From Octopus sinensis (Eukaryota), in the NCBI RefSeq assembly GCF_006345805.1, contig NC_043006.1, positions 83,514,001 through 83,578,000 on the forward strand: 64,000 bases of DNA, written 5' to 3'. The translations under genes and the position numbers were made by a program. Positions 1-11,586 of this stretch are shown here, piece by piece. Each line of letters starts with the position of its first letter. Positions within the stretch are counted from its first letter, which is position 1. The notes under the pieces are model-generated. The model did no database searches, was not told the DNA's origin, and worked only from the letters and a program-made list of their open reading frames with translations.

Positions 1-796
1 TGTCAAATTGCAGTAAAAAGTTGTGAATATGATTTAGTAAAATGGAAACTTCTTTATCTACCAGATGTGAATTAGAATGGATTTTTTTTCTCTTCCTAAT
101 AGGAATTCATTTTATTTTAGAGACCTCATAATGTAGCTAAATGGAATTAGAAGTCAATATATCTTTCAAAAGATATTTTTTTAAGAGAAACTTCTATCAA
201 AGTTCCACTTGAGTAGAAGTTTTTATTTGTTTAATTTGTACAGAAAATAGCTAAAGAGATGGTGATCTAATTCTAAATGGAAGCATGAAAGTAGTTCTTG
301 ACAGTGCGTAGTAGGAGTAGTAGTAACATTTTTTTTCTTTTGCTTAGATATTCTGTGATTAAATACCTTACTAAGATAAATTACAGACACCAATATTAAT
401 ATTTGGATATTAGACATGGAACTGGATTACATGTTTTATACTGTACCTTGTTTGGTGTCCCTCTGTTATGTGTTAAATTTGTTATAGTATCTTCTTAATT
501 ACCCCATCACTACTCCTATTTTGCTAACTATGTGCTTAGGAAATAAAATTCTATTACATATTAACTGGCTGTGTGCTTCAAAATTATCTAGCTGAGCCTA
601 CCACCTTGTTTTGATTCTTTGACTGATGCTCTTTCACATGAGAAAGGGATGAATATCAAACAGTCTGATTATACTTTGTATAGTCAAAAATGTTATGTGT
701 AGCCTCTTTATGGTAGAGAGGAAACTAACATTGGATTCTTGAGTCTTAGATTTATATCATAATAGCATGCTTATAAGGTCACAAAGTGACAGATAT

Positions 797-839
797 TTGC
801 TACTGATGAACCTAATAGGCAGAAATTTGGATCTAGCAA
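797..839 (+). ncRNA. Degenerate type I minimal hammerhead ribozyme motif (Penelope-type)
   Basis: TTGCTA-CTGATGA-A-CCT/AAT/AGG-CA-GAAA-T-TTGG-A-TC-TAGCAA. Intact CUGAUGA, GAAA and AUC triplet; 6-bp stem I in exact register; stem II closing pair disrupted. Confidence 0.6.
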
Positions 840-1931
840 TTTCACCACCAATGCTGAGTGATTTTTTACCTGCATTCCTAACAGAATACATCTATAAGAG
901 ATAATTTCTCAGGGCATGTATCACTGTTCAGAAGACTTCCAACATATATACATTCTAAGTATGTATGCAGACTGCTAATGCACAAATGTTTATATTTTGA
1001 TGGAAAACAATGAACACAGACTTACCAAAGATTTCTATTTGAATTAAGAATTTACTACGAATGCTGGTTGTCAATTGAAGGTTTCTATTATCAAATATAT
1101 TGTTATACTGTGAAATACCCAATACAGGAGTAATGTAGATTAAATATTTTCTGCAGCATAGTTGCTTTTAAATATATACTACTTTTGGTTTAGTTCTTTT
1201 TAGCTTTTCAATTTGTTTTAACCATTATTTCCATGCTGGAGCACTGCCTCTTATACAGGAATCACCATCTCTTGAAGAAATGAAGTCAATATGCATTCTA
1301 TTAACAGTATTTAAAATAACATCTTTCACCAAACATCAAACAACATAATCACATATGATGTATATGTAAATGTATTGTGAAGATAGTTATGGATTGAAAT
1401 ATATATTAATCATAAACCCAACCCTAGCAATGTTTATTCTTCATGGGCTCTCTTTAGGCCCAGTACATGTATTATGTGCTTTCTGAATCCAGTATACAAC
1501 TTTATAAGCACTTTGTTGTATGCAGAATGAAGTGACATTTCACCAAACATCTTCTGAGATTTTATCATATCTTATGCCATACTTGCATATGGTGTAATAT
1601 TTTACATATTTCATAAGTATGTAAACATACTTTGGACTTAATCTGAAGAAAATTTTTGATTATTTACATATTTTTGGGATTGGCTAGGAATAAAGTTTAA
1701 TTGATGTTAATGATTGGAGTACAAGAAGAAAAACAAATTACAAAGTTTATGATATTCAAAACTTGTAAAATATTTTGTTTCAATGTTATGTAATAAAAAT
1801 TTAAACCTAGTTATTTTCTCTACTTCAATTTGGAAGGAAGTTACATATCTCATAATTTATCTTTGAGAGCATAAAACCCTAAAGAATTTAGGAATTAATT
1901 AGCAAGAGTTATTATTATCATTATTATTATT

Positions 1932-3040
1932 AAGGCAGCAAGCTAGCAGAAATGTTACCATGCTGGACAAAATGCTTAACAATATTTTGTCTGTTTTCAC
2001 ATTCTGAGTTCAAATTCTGCTGTGGTTGACTTTGCCTTTCATCCTTTTGAGGCTGATAAAATAAGTCTCAGTTGAATACTGGTGTCGATGTAATCAACTA
2101 TCCCTCTCCCCAAAGTTTCAGGCCTGGTGCCTATAATAGAAAGGATTATTATTATTACCATTACAACTACTACTACTAAGGTGACAAGCTGGTAGAATCA
2201 TGAGTAAGTTGGACAAAATGCTTAACTGCATTTCTTTTGGCTTTATAATCGAAATCGAATTGAACCAGCCAGGATCCCTGGTCTGGTGGTACGTAAAAAG
2301 CACTATCCGACTCGTGGCCGATGCCAGCACCGCCTCGACTGGCTTCCGTGCCGGTGGCACATAAAATACACCAATCTGACCGTGGCCGTTGCCAGCCCCG
2401 CCTGGCACCTGTGCAGGTGGCACGTAAAAAGCACCCACTACACTCACGGAGTGGTTGGCGTTAGGAAGGGCATCCAGCTGTAGAAACATTGCCAAATTAG
2501 ACTGGAGCCTGGTGCAGCCTTCTGGCTTCCCAGAACCCCGGTCGAACCGTCCAACCCATGCTAGCATGGAGAACGGACGTTAAACGACGATGATGATGAT
2601 GATGATGTTCTGAGTTCAAATTCTACCAAGGTAAACTTTTCTTTTCATCCTGTTGGATTCAAAAAAATAAGTACCTGTTGATCACTGGTTCAATGTAATC
2701 CACTTACTGCTCCTCTAAAATTGCCTGTCATTTGCAAAAAGTTAGGAAGAATTATTATTATTATTATTATTATTATATTATTATTATTATTATTATTATT
2801 ATAAGGGTGGTGAGCTGACAGAATTGGTAGCACACCGGGTGAAATGCTTAGTGGTATTTTGTCTGTGGCTACATTTGGAGTTCAAATTCCGCCGAGATCG
2901 ACTTTGACTTTCATTTTTTTGGGTCAATTAAATAAGTACCAGTTATGCACTGGGGTCGATGTATTCAACTTAATCCCTTCCCCCAAATTTGAGGTCTAGT
3001 GCTTCCAGTAGAAAGGATTATGATTATTATTATTATTAAA
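1932..3040 (+). mobile_element. Cluster of (ATT)n-tailed tRNA-like SINEs with a nested (GAT)n-tailed repeat (about 2250-2606)
   Basis: Repeated AAGGC..GAGCTGGCAGAA heads and GAGTTCAAAT B-box-like motifs; the second copy is split by the GAT-tailed family element. Confidence 0.75.
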
Positions 3041-3189
3041 ACTATGCCATTCTTATTCACATGATGCATGATGGTTCTGATCTAATTCTCTATTATTTTA
3101 GTATATCTGGAATCACGATAACGATGTTCCTTTGGTTATTTGTACTATAAACATTTTTGGTTGTTCTTTATCTTTTTTGTTTTTGCTAG

Positions 3190-3210
3190 GAGGTCATCAA
3201 GAGAGCAAAG
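3190..3210 (+). CDS. Candidate 21-nt microexon (GAGGTCATCAAGAGAGCAAAG)
   Basis: Long pyrimidine tract ending TTTTGCTAG, then 21 nt open in all three frames, then AAG|GTATGT donor. Host transcript uncertain. Confidence 0.5.
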
Positions 3211-3673
3211 GTATGTATCTAGAAGGTTCTCTTTGCCCGACTTTAGTAGCTGAGCAGTTTCATAGCCAAGACTTCTCCTTTGATATTAAACCCACTTATG
3301 ATCCCTATATTATCTCTTCTTCAGCTTTTATTTATATTATTGTTAATGAACACATGTCCCAAACATTTTGAAGTTACCATATATATAATATATATATTAT
3401 ATAATTTTTATATATATATATTATATGTATATTATATGTGTTATACGTATATATGCATTTTATATGTAAGATTTTACTGATAGTGACTTTGAAGTTCCAT
3501 CACGGTTTAAATAATGGTTTATTCATAAAATTTGAATAAGCCATACTTGGCAAAGCATCAAATTCACTACCAATAAAATAATTTTAAATATTGGACACTG
3601 TACACATGTATTAAGTCCTTTATTCAGTAAAATTTTAAGTGTTTTTATGCATATGGAAACACTCATTTTAATG

Positions 3674-3710
<37 letters not shown>

Positions 3711-4061
3711 TTTACTTACTAAATCAGTTTAGTAATATTCTTTAAAATAAGTTGAAGAAAAATATTGCCTGATGAATTCATGAATTTCCCTGTCTCCAAA
3801 TTCTTTACTGTATGATTTTTCCCCCCAGCCTCTTTTGAATTTTTCTTTGTAAACCAGATACAAAATAGCACTGTCATAAGTTAGTACTGTATTATTTTGA
3901 ACCCATCAAAGAACATTGCCAATATTGTTCTGATTACTAACAACTTCATTGTACATTGTCATCCTCAATATACCAACTATGTTTTTGAAATGCAAATTAT
4001 TTTCCATCAACATTTTAAAATAAATAAGTTTAAGGATTTAATAGTAAACATAAAAGAAGCT

Positions 4062-4469
4062 GGGATCTTTTCGGTTTGAACGGCAGTTTTTTCTAGCGGT
4101 GTCATATGAAATTGTCACCCATAATTATGAGCCTAGTATCGATCTATTGCATTTCAATCTGTTTTAGGGGTGGGGGGAAGGGTATCTTTTTTTCTTCACA
4201 AATGTAAATAAACCCAATCTGTTTCTTAAACAAGGGACATATTCATACGGCACAGAATGTTTTCACCTCAATAGACGTCATTGATTGGTTGAAATTGCAG
4301 AAATTGAAAAAAAAAAAGCAACAAATATCTTACAAACTATAGAATTTTCTCAATAAAGCCAAGAGAAAAAGATGTTTTATAAACACATTCTACCAGTATA
4401 TGAAGTTTAAAAGTGTTTAGTTACGTGGAAATTATTTTTAAAAACTGCCGTTCAAACTGAAAAGATCCT
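4062..4469. mobile_element. MITE with about 30-bp terminal inverted repeats
   Basis: Left GGGATCTTTTCGGTTTGAACGGCAGTTTTT versus right AAAAACTGCCGTTCAAACTGAAAAGATCCT; TA follows the right GATCC end; no internal ORF. Confidence 0.8.
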
Positions 4470-5129
4470 ATTTTTTTACCTAAAAATTCTTTTAGCTTTC
4501 CCTGAGATATTGATTATCCATTTTTACGTTCTTCTGATATGTAAATTTTGTCAGTTACTGGTCAACTGATAGCCTCATTCCTTTTTTTATTTTTTTTAAA
4601 AAAGTATCAGCTTTTTTTTATTTATGGCTGGGACTAATATACCATCTAAATGGAATATGAGTCATGTTCTAAGTACATACTTGAATTCCTCTTTAGAAAT
4701 AATGTTTTCTGACACATAAAAAGAAATATACTTACTGTTATGTCTGTTGATTAATTTCACATAGACATCATTTTAATAATGAACGTGTATTACAACTTGA
4801 ATACTTTTTTGCACAACTCTCTGAAAATGTACAAGTAATATTAGTATATTTTTATTTTAATATTTGATAAATTATTTTTTATTAGGGTGTTTTATTTATT
4901 TTCATATTCTAATATGAAAATTAGCAAACTTAAAAAGAAAGAAAATTGCAATTTATTAGAATTGTCAATTCATTTATTCTACTATTAGTTTGTTATATAG
5001 CTCTCCACAAAGAATCGCTAATGACATAACTCTCTAAGTTGCTAGCAACATAGTAAATTGGCTTAAAACAAAGTGTGTGTGTGTGTGTGAAGAGTTACAA
5101 TTCCTGACGGGTTAAGAATTGTTCACAAG

Positions 5130-5500
5130 ACTTAACTTTTGTAGAGTCATATTTGGCCATGGAGCCCAATGCAGGCTCCACAAGTCCAATTGCCAGCAGG
5201 AGATATGGGGGTTTCATAGAAAAGGTGCTGTTCTGGCTCTTGATGCACACATTTATCATTGAGATATTTGGTTTGAGCTGTTTCTAAGCTCTATTCTAGA
5301 TGATCTGTCACCACTTGGATTGGTTGATAACCACCAATGATTCCCTCAAGCACACTGATGCTGCACTTTCCAAATTTCTTTTCGTATATCTTTAACTTCT
5401 TCTTTTGTCTTCCTTGTGTGCAATTCCATTTATTTTTGCTTAGAGTAAAACAGTTGCTTTATCAACTAATAGGGCTGCTTGACCAGTCCAATAAATTTTA
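5130..5500 (-). mobile_element. Decayed RTE-clade LINE 3' fragment
   Basis: Frameshifted minus-strand translation KQLFYS...QGRQKKKLK...WTCGACIGLH resembles the RTE ORF C-terminus (KQLFYxEL, RGRxKKR, Cys motif with IGL). Confidence 0.55.
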
Positions 5501-5538
5501 TATATATACTAATTACAAATAAACTAATAGCAATAAGT

Positions 5539-5590
<52 letters not shown>

Positions 5591-8500
5591 ATCTTGATGC
5601 ACATAAGGCTATAATTAAATAGCATGTAAATATTAGGTTGGAAAACCCTTTTGGGTAGAAAAAATTGAAGGCTGCCTGTGGGACTGTAACCCATTTCTCT
5701 TATTGATGTGACAGATGTTCTACCATTGGCCCAGAGCAATCCTTCAAATTGCTCTGTCCATTTTAGAAACTTTATTCTGAGCAATAAGAATTGTATGTTA
5801 TTGGCATCATAAGAATATTGTTTGGTGGTGGGTGGAATAGTATATCTTGAAGCATACATTTATATAATATAAGTAATAAGTAATAACCTATAAATATTGG
5901 GTTGAGAAACCCTTTTAGATAAGAAATGTTGCAGGCTGCCAATAAGACTCGAATCCACATTTTCAATAGGCATGTTTTCATAAGAGGATTTTTATTCAAC
6001 ATACACTTTCATTATATTGTCAAATAATTAAAACAGACGATAACATTTATTGAGAAAAAGAAATAAGTGAAAGCAAAAATTTAGTGAGTAAACCTAGATT
6101 TCTTAGAAAAAGTAAAAGCCAATTGACATAATGTTTATAAATGATTATCCCTGAAATTTTACTGATAAATTTAGTTTCTAAGGTTAATAACTTGAAGTTT
6201 TATAGATTAATATTAGATAGTAAATGGTTTTGCTAAATATTTTTGATGAGATAAGTGAATTTTATTCCATGTCAAGGTTAAACTAATTATATATGAAAAA
6301 CTTTTAGACTTGCTCCTCCAACCCTTCCCCAAAACCCAGCAACCTGACAGAAACATCTTCCAAGAAACCAAATGTATATCTTTGTGTGCGTGCATGCATG
6401 TATGTGCATGTGAGCCCTCAGTACACTCTGTAATATGGTTGGCATTAAGAAGGGCATCCAGCTGTAGAAGCCACGCCTAAACAGACTATGGACCTGGTCC
6501 TGTCAAATCGTCTAGTCCATCATGCCAGCATGAAAAATGAATGTTAAATGATGATGATGAGGATGATTGTATGTGCGGTGTTAGGGAGTGCATGTGTGTG
6601 TGTGCATGCATGCAATTATGTGTGTACTTTGTTACAAAAACACCAGTTAACAGTCTCAGACAATTATTGACATATCTCGTGATATTTTTAAAGACTTAGT
6701 TAAATGTTTCTGGTTAATACTCCGTCTCGACACAGACAAAAAAATAAAAAAGGAAAATAAGAACAAAAGCCAATTTTCACCGAAACCCCAATTATTTCAT
6801 TGCAAACTGCTCGTGCTTTCTCTGGCATGTAATTGGTCACGAGTGTTATTGGAGAGTTCCAGTTTCATATATGCACTTCATTTATCAGCAAATCTAAAAT
6901 ACCTTGTAAATTATCACTGCAATTTGTAATGCTGCACAATTGTTATTTTAACATATTACAAGCTTTTACAAAACTGGTTCAAATTATCTCAAACTCTAAC
7001 CTATTACTTACTCTTTTCACTCCTTTGTCTTATCAAGTTTTTGATATGGCTATTAGGTTTTTTTGTATGTATGGCCTTTAAAAAAGAAGTATTTGTTTAA
7101 ACTGCATTTTTTTTTTTGCGGTAAAGTATTTGGATTGAGCAAAAGACTATATTTGTACTTGATATCTTTTTTTTATTTTATATGATTTAATAATCATTCA
7201 TTTGATATGAACTATTTCAATTATTCTTCAATCATAGATATATAGATTGACTGAAAATTATGAAAGAAAGAAAGAAAAACAGTGTTCTTTATATTTTGGT
7301 TTAGAAAAAATATATGCTAGTTTTTAAATTTCTAAAGTAGTTGATTTTATAACCATTTTAAAAAGTTACCTTGACATTTAGAAGTGATAAAAGTTTGGAT
7401 TTTTTTTTTATTCTCTACATATGGCCAGAGATATTGGTATGATATATACAAGTTTAACAATATAGAATTCTATATTATTGTTTAAATAATAATAATAAAG
7501 CACTACTCAATACAATATGTATATAATGTAATTAGCAATTATCATCATATCAATTTCCTTTAACTTCAAATGATTTATTCCAACCTGAATGATGATATAG
7601 AAGCCTACAAGTTATGCATAGATTAATTTAATCAAATAATTTTTAAGAAATATCATTAAAAAATTTTTAATTACCATTCTATTTATTATTTGAAACAAAA
7701 CAAATCTACCAGCTGCATTCCTGTTCTTTAATCTTTGGTCAGCCTTGATTGTGCAAACCTATAATCAAGAGCATTCCTACCATGACCCTGCCTTCTTTCT
7801 TTTCAATCAAAGTATATTTTAGGGCTATGTCTTTCAATTTGTCCTTTTTATTTGAAAATGTTAGATTATGTGATTTAGCCCTTTGCCTGTCTGAAGCATT
7901 TTCATAAGACTGTGCTAAACACCCGTGCTTATTTTCAGTCTTTTAGTTAACCCTTGTTTTTATATGTTCAGAGCAATATAAAGTTTTCCTTTCATAAGTC
8001 CCAAGTTACTCTAGTGGTTAAAATGATTGGAAATGTGTAATGATTCATGAACACCAAGGAAAGATATCTTGCAACTTTTCAATAGTCTTGAGTTACAAGG
8101 GTGTAACTCTTGAGTGTAAAGCAATTTGAAAATTTAGATTTTGTTATTGTTTACTAGTGCATTGTAGAAAATAGCACACCTGGTCAAATGAAATTGAAGG
8201 TTAAATCATTTTTTTTTTAATATATATATAAATATTACCTTGCAAAACATTGCAATACATTGTATTAGAGCTAAAATGAAATTAAAGCAATGTGGTACAC
8301 ACATCATCCTTTCATTTACATTCATTTTACTTACCCTACTGTCACTTACACATTCATTTTCTATTTGGTTTTTGACAGCCTCCTACTTCAACATTATCAC
8401 ACAGTGCACCTGAGCACTGTATACAATAATTTCATTATATATATTATAATGTGGCTGTGAACAAACATACAAGCTAACTATTATATGTCAGTTCAATACG

Positions 8501-9616
8501 GTTGAACACTACAAAAATACACTTTCGACATTTTGATCCTTTTGTATATATTAGAAGAAAGCCTAACAGCCCTACAATCTTATTGTTATTAGTTAATAGA
8601 AGTTTATTTGAAATTTTAATTATATTTAGATAAAATAATACAGTTTAGGTAATATTTCTAACTTTAGGTTTTTTAGCATAATTTAAGCTTATTTAGCATA
8701 ATTTATTCATGGTTAGCATATATTTTTTCTGCCATATTGTAAGCTGTGAATAATTATGATTATCACTGGCAATTATATTTATGCATGTAAACACTAGTGT
8801 GTACCTGTTATGAATAGTTAAATGAGTATTAGCATATTTAAAAGGTTAATTAGAAATAATCATAGAGTGAGGGAAAAACTGCTAATCATTGACTCAGGTT
8901 ATTTTTATTTTTTTCATTTGACAAACTTCAGTTATGCTTCTTTTTCATGTTTATTCTTACTTCATCAGTTAAGCATAGCCTACTCTGTACCTACTGAAAT
9001 GATGAAAGAATCACTAAGTAAATATACAAGATTATACGTTTTGTTGATCTACAAAAATAGAATCATTCACTGCACAAGCACCAAGCAAAACTGTATCGAA
9101 ATTCAATAACAGCCATAACCATTTGCCATAGCTTTAGAATTGAAAAGAATTGAATCTGACAATATTAGCTACAATACTATCATCTCAGCAATGAAATCTT
9201 TTGTTGAATGAAATTTCATTTTTTCCATTTATAATATTGAGAATTTCATTTGATGATATTTTTAACAAAGAAATAGTCTGAAAAATACTGTTTTTTTTCT
9301 CTTGTCATTTAATCAAAAGTCTGAAGCTGAAAATTTCTTGAAATGCCTATTCAGAAAATAAATTGAAATATAATATATTTATTCTACTATTAGTTGACAA
9401 TGAGTCGTGATGGTAGGTGGTGGATGGTGGCGTTATATTTGTTAGTTTGTTTTGCTGTATTGCTTGATGTTGCTACTATGAATTACTCTTAAAACTTCAT
9501 TTCTTTCATTCCTTATTTGAGTAGTTTTACAAGAGAAATGTAGTCTAGAAAGGTGATTTTTATTATCATTTTGTTACTTTGGTTTATTTTAATATAGTGC
9601 AACTAAATACTTAATA

Positions 9617-9840
9617 GTGGAGGCGTGTGGCTTAGTGGTTAGGGTGTCAGCATCATGATTGTAAGATTGTGATTTCGATTCCTGGACCGGGTGACGCGTT
9701 GTTTTCTTGAGCAAAACACTTCATTTCACGTTGCTCCAGTTCACTCAGCTGGCAAAAATGAGTAACGCTGCGATAGACTGGCATCCCGTCAAGCTGCGGA
9801 ACACTTACGCAATTGAAACCGGTAAACTGGGCCCACCAAA
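9617..9840 (+). mobile_element. tRNA-derived SINE
   Basis: TGGCTTAGTGG A-box, TTTCGATTCC B-box-like motif, followed by a CTTGAGCAAAACACTT core. Confidence 0.7.
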
Positions 9841-11153
9841 GTTTCTGCCCTTCTGCCAATGAAGGTGATGAGCCAGCAGAATCATCAGCACACCAAAATG
9901 CTGAGCAGCATTTTTTCTAGCTTTATGTTCTGAGTTCAAATTCCACTGAGGTCTATTTTGCCTTTCACCGTTTTAGGGTCGATGAAATAAGTACCAGCTG
10001 AGCAGTAGAGTTGGTATAATTGAATAACCTTCTCCTTCAAAATTTCGAACTTTGTGTCCGTAGTAGAAAGAATTATTATTGGATGTGATAATGTTTAGTT
10101 AGTATTATTCTTTTCTTTAGGAGATCTTTTCTACCTTATTTTTAATTAGATTTTCATGTCACTTGTTCCATTCATCTCTTATCACTCTTACCATGAAATT
10201 GCTTCTCTTTTATTTTTCTTGAATACCTCACCAATCATCTCGGCTGTCATTTAACCTTAGTACCCTGTTTGTCCAAATCTCATCATCCAAAAAGAAACTC
10301 AATAAATTGAGCTTATTTGATTAATTTTCATTCTTTTTTAATTCATCTTGTGTAAGTTAACTGATTTATACATTAGCTCTCAAGGAAATTTAATCTCTGA
10401 AAACTCTTATACATCATTTAAGTTCTTGTATTTTCCAACCCAAAATTATGTCACTTAGTTTTCTTTTTAGTGTTACATTGAATGATTGGAATTTACTTTT
10501 GATAGTTATTTTTGTTCACTGTATTTATTCATAAGTTAATTACAACACTCTCATGTAACTTTAACATGTGTCTAAAAATATTTTCTTCTCTCTTAATTAT
10601 CCCATAGAAAATTCTTGCCACTTTGAAAGCTTTAATGCTGAATAAAATCTTAGTGAACAGACAAGATTTTTGGAATATCTTTTTTATGTCCCCAAAGATA
10701 AATAGCCTATAGCTTTCAGACAAATAATAATAATATATTTCCCTCAAGCATTGACATTAATAAATGTTACAAATCAGTTTTAAGTTCCCAAGAACCTAGT
10801 CATTTTATGTTATTCTTTTTTGACATTTTCTCAGCTCATTATTCCATGGCTACACTCTATTGGAGGCATGTTCACAACCAGTCATCTGGCAGATATAATA
10901 TTTCTTTTTTTTTTTCCTCTTTTTTTTCCACTTTTTCATGCGTTTTATGATTTGATTTGCAAATGTTGATTCAGAAACTTCTTTTTAACTTGATTTCTTG
11001 ATTTGGTATCTCACTTATAGAATGTACTACTTTAGCTAAAATCAAGTCTAGGTTATTGTTGATGTGTTTAATTATAATATCTTGTCCTAATGAGGTAATT
11101 CTAAGCAGAACAAACAGGTGAAATTTCTACCTGGGTTTTTAAGGAAAATAGAC

Positions 11154-11184
<31 letters not shown>

Positions 11185-11199
11185 CCAAAAATTAAATGG

Positions 11200-11540
11200 T
11201 GAATTATTTTTCTCGTAAATTGTATCGAGCTTATTTTACACCGGTGGCTGTTATGATTTCGGCGTGAAATGAATCAGTTGCAGCACAGACTTCGGAACAA
11301 TGGGTTGGGAGTCTCTAATCATGGTAACACGTGCTGAAGAAGCTAAGGTTTTATTTTACCAATGCAGAAACCGGTCCACGTGAGTCCAAATACTTAAATG
11401 TATGTTAGTAGATTGTCTTAACCTGATTTTGCCGTCGTTTGATTTCTGTAGTTTTCATCGGTGTATTTTTGGCGATTTAATAAGAGTTTTGACTGTTATT
11501 TCAAGCAGGTTGACATACCTAGTATGTCCTTTGATTAATT
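11200..11540 (+). promoter_or_regulatory. CpG-enriched patch, candidate internal promoter / 5' UTR
   Basis: More than a dozen CpGs in about 340 bp of non-repeat sequence against a CpG-poor background; surrounds the candidate first exon; contains CACGTG twice. Confidence 0.5.
11300..11379 (+). CDS. FHOD3: Putative alternative first coding exon, [26 protein letters not shown](T)
   Basis: ATG in acaATGg context, open frame to the AC|GTGAGT donor (phase 2). This matches the phase-2 acceptor at 17107 (AC+T = Thr). It lies in the most CpG-rich non-repeat patch of this part of the window. Confidence 0.7.
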
Positions 11541-11553
11541 TTAATCCCTCGGC

Positions 11554-11586
<33 letters not shown>

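Noticed and set aside
2118-2567. 149-aa ORF and similar ORFs at 12343-12658, 35406-37028 and 42508-42852
   Set aside because: All derive from the same non-coding interspersed repeat; frames are not conserved between copies
8949-8997. Possible exon (ttcatcag acceptor, LSIAYSVPTEMMKESL, AA|GTAAAT)
   Set aside because: Weak donor, no FHOD similarity, and phase incompatible with the 17107 acceptor
9617-9700. tRNA gene-like sequence (also at 59882-60178 and 63047-63120)
   Set aside because: A/B boxes are followed by SINE bodies and no complete cloverleaf is evident, so these are SINE heads
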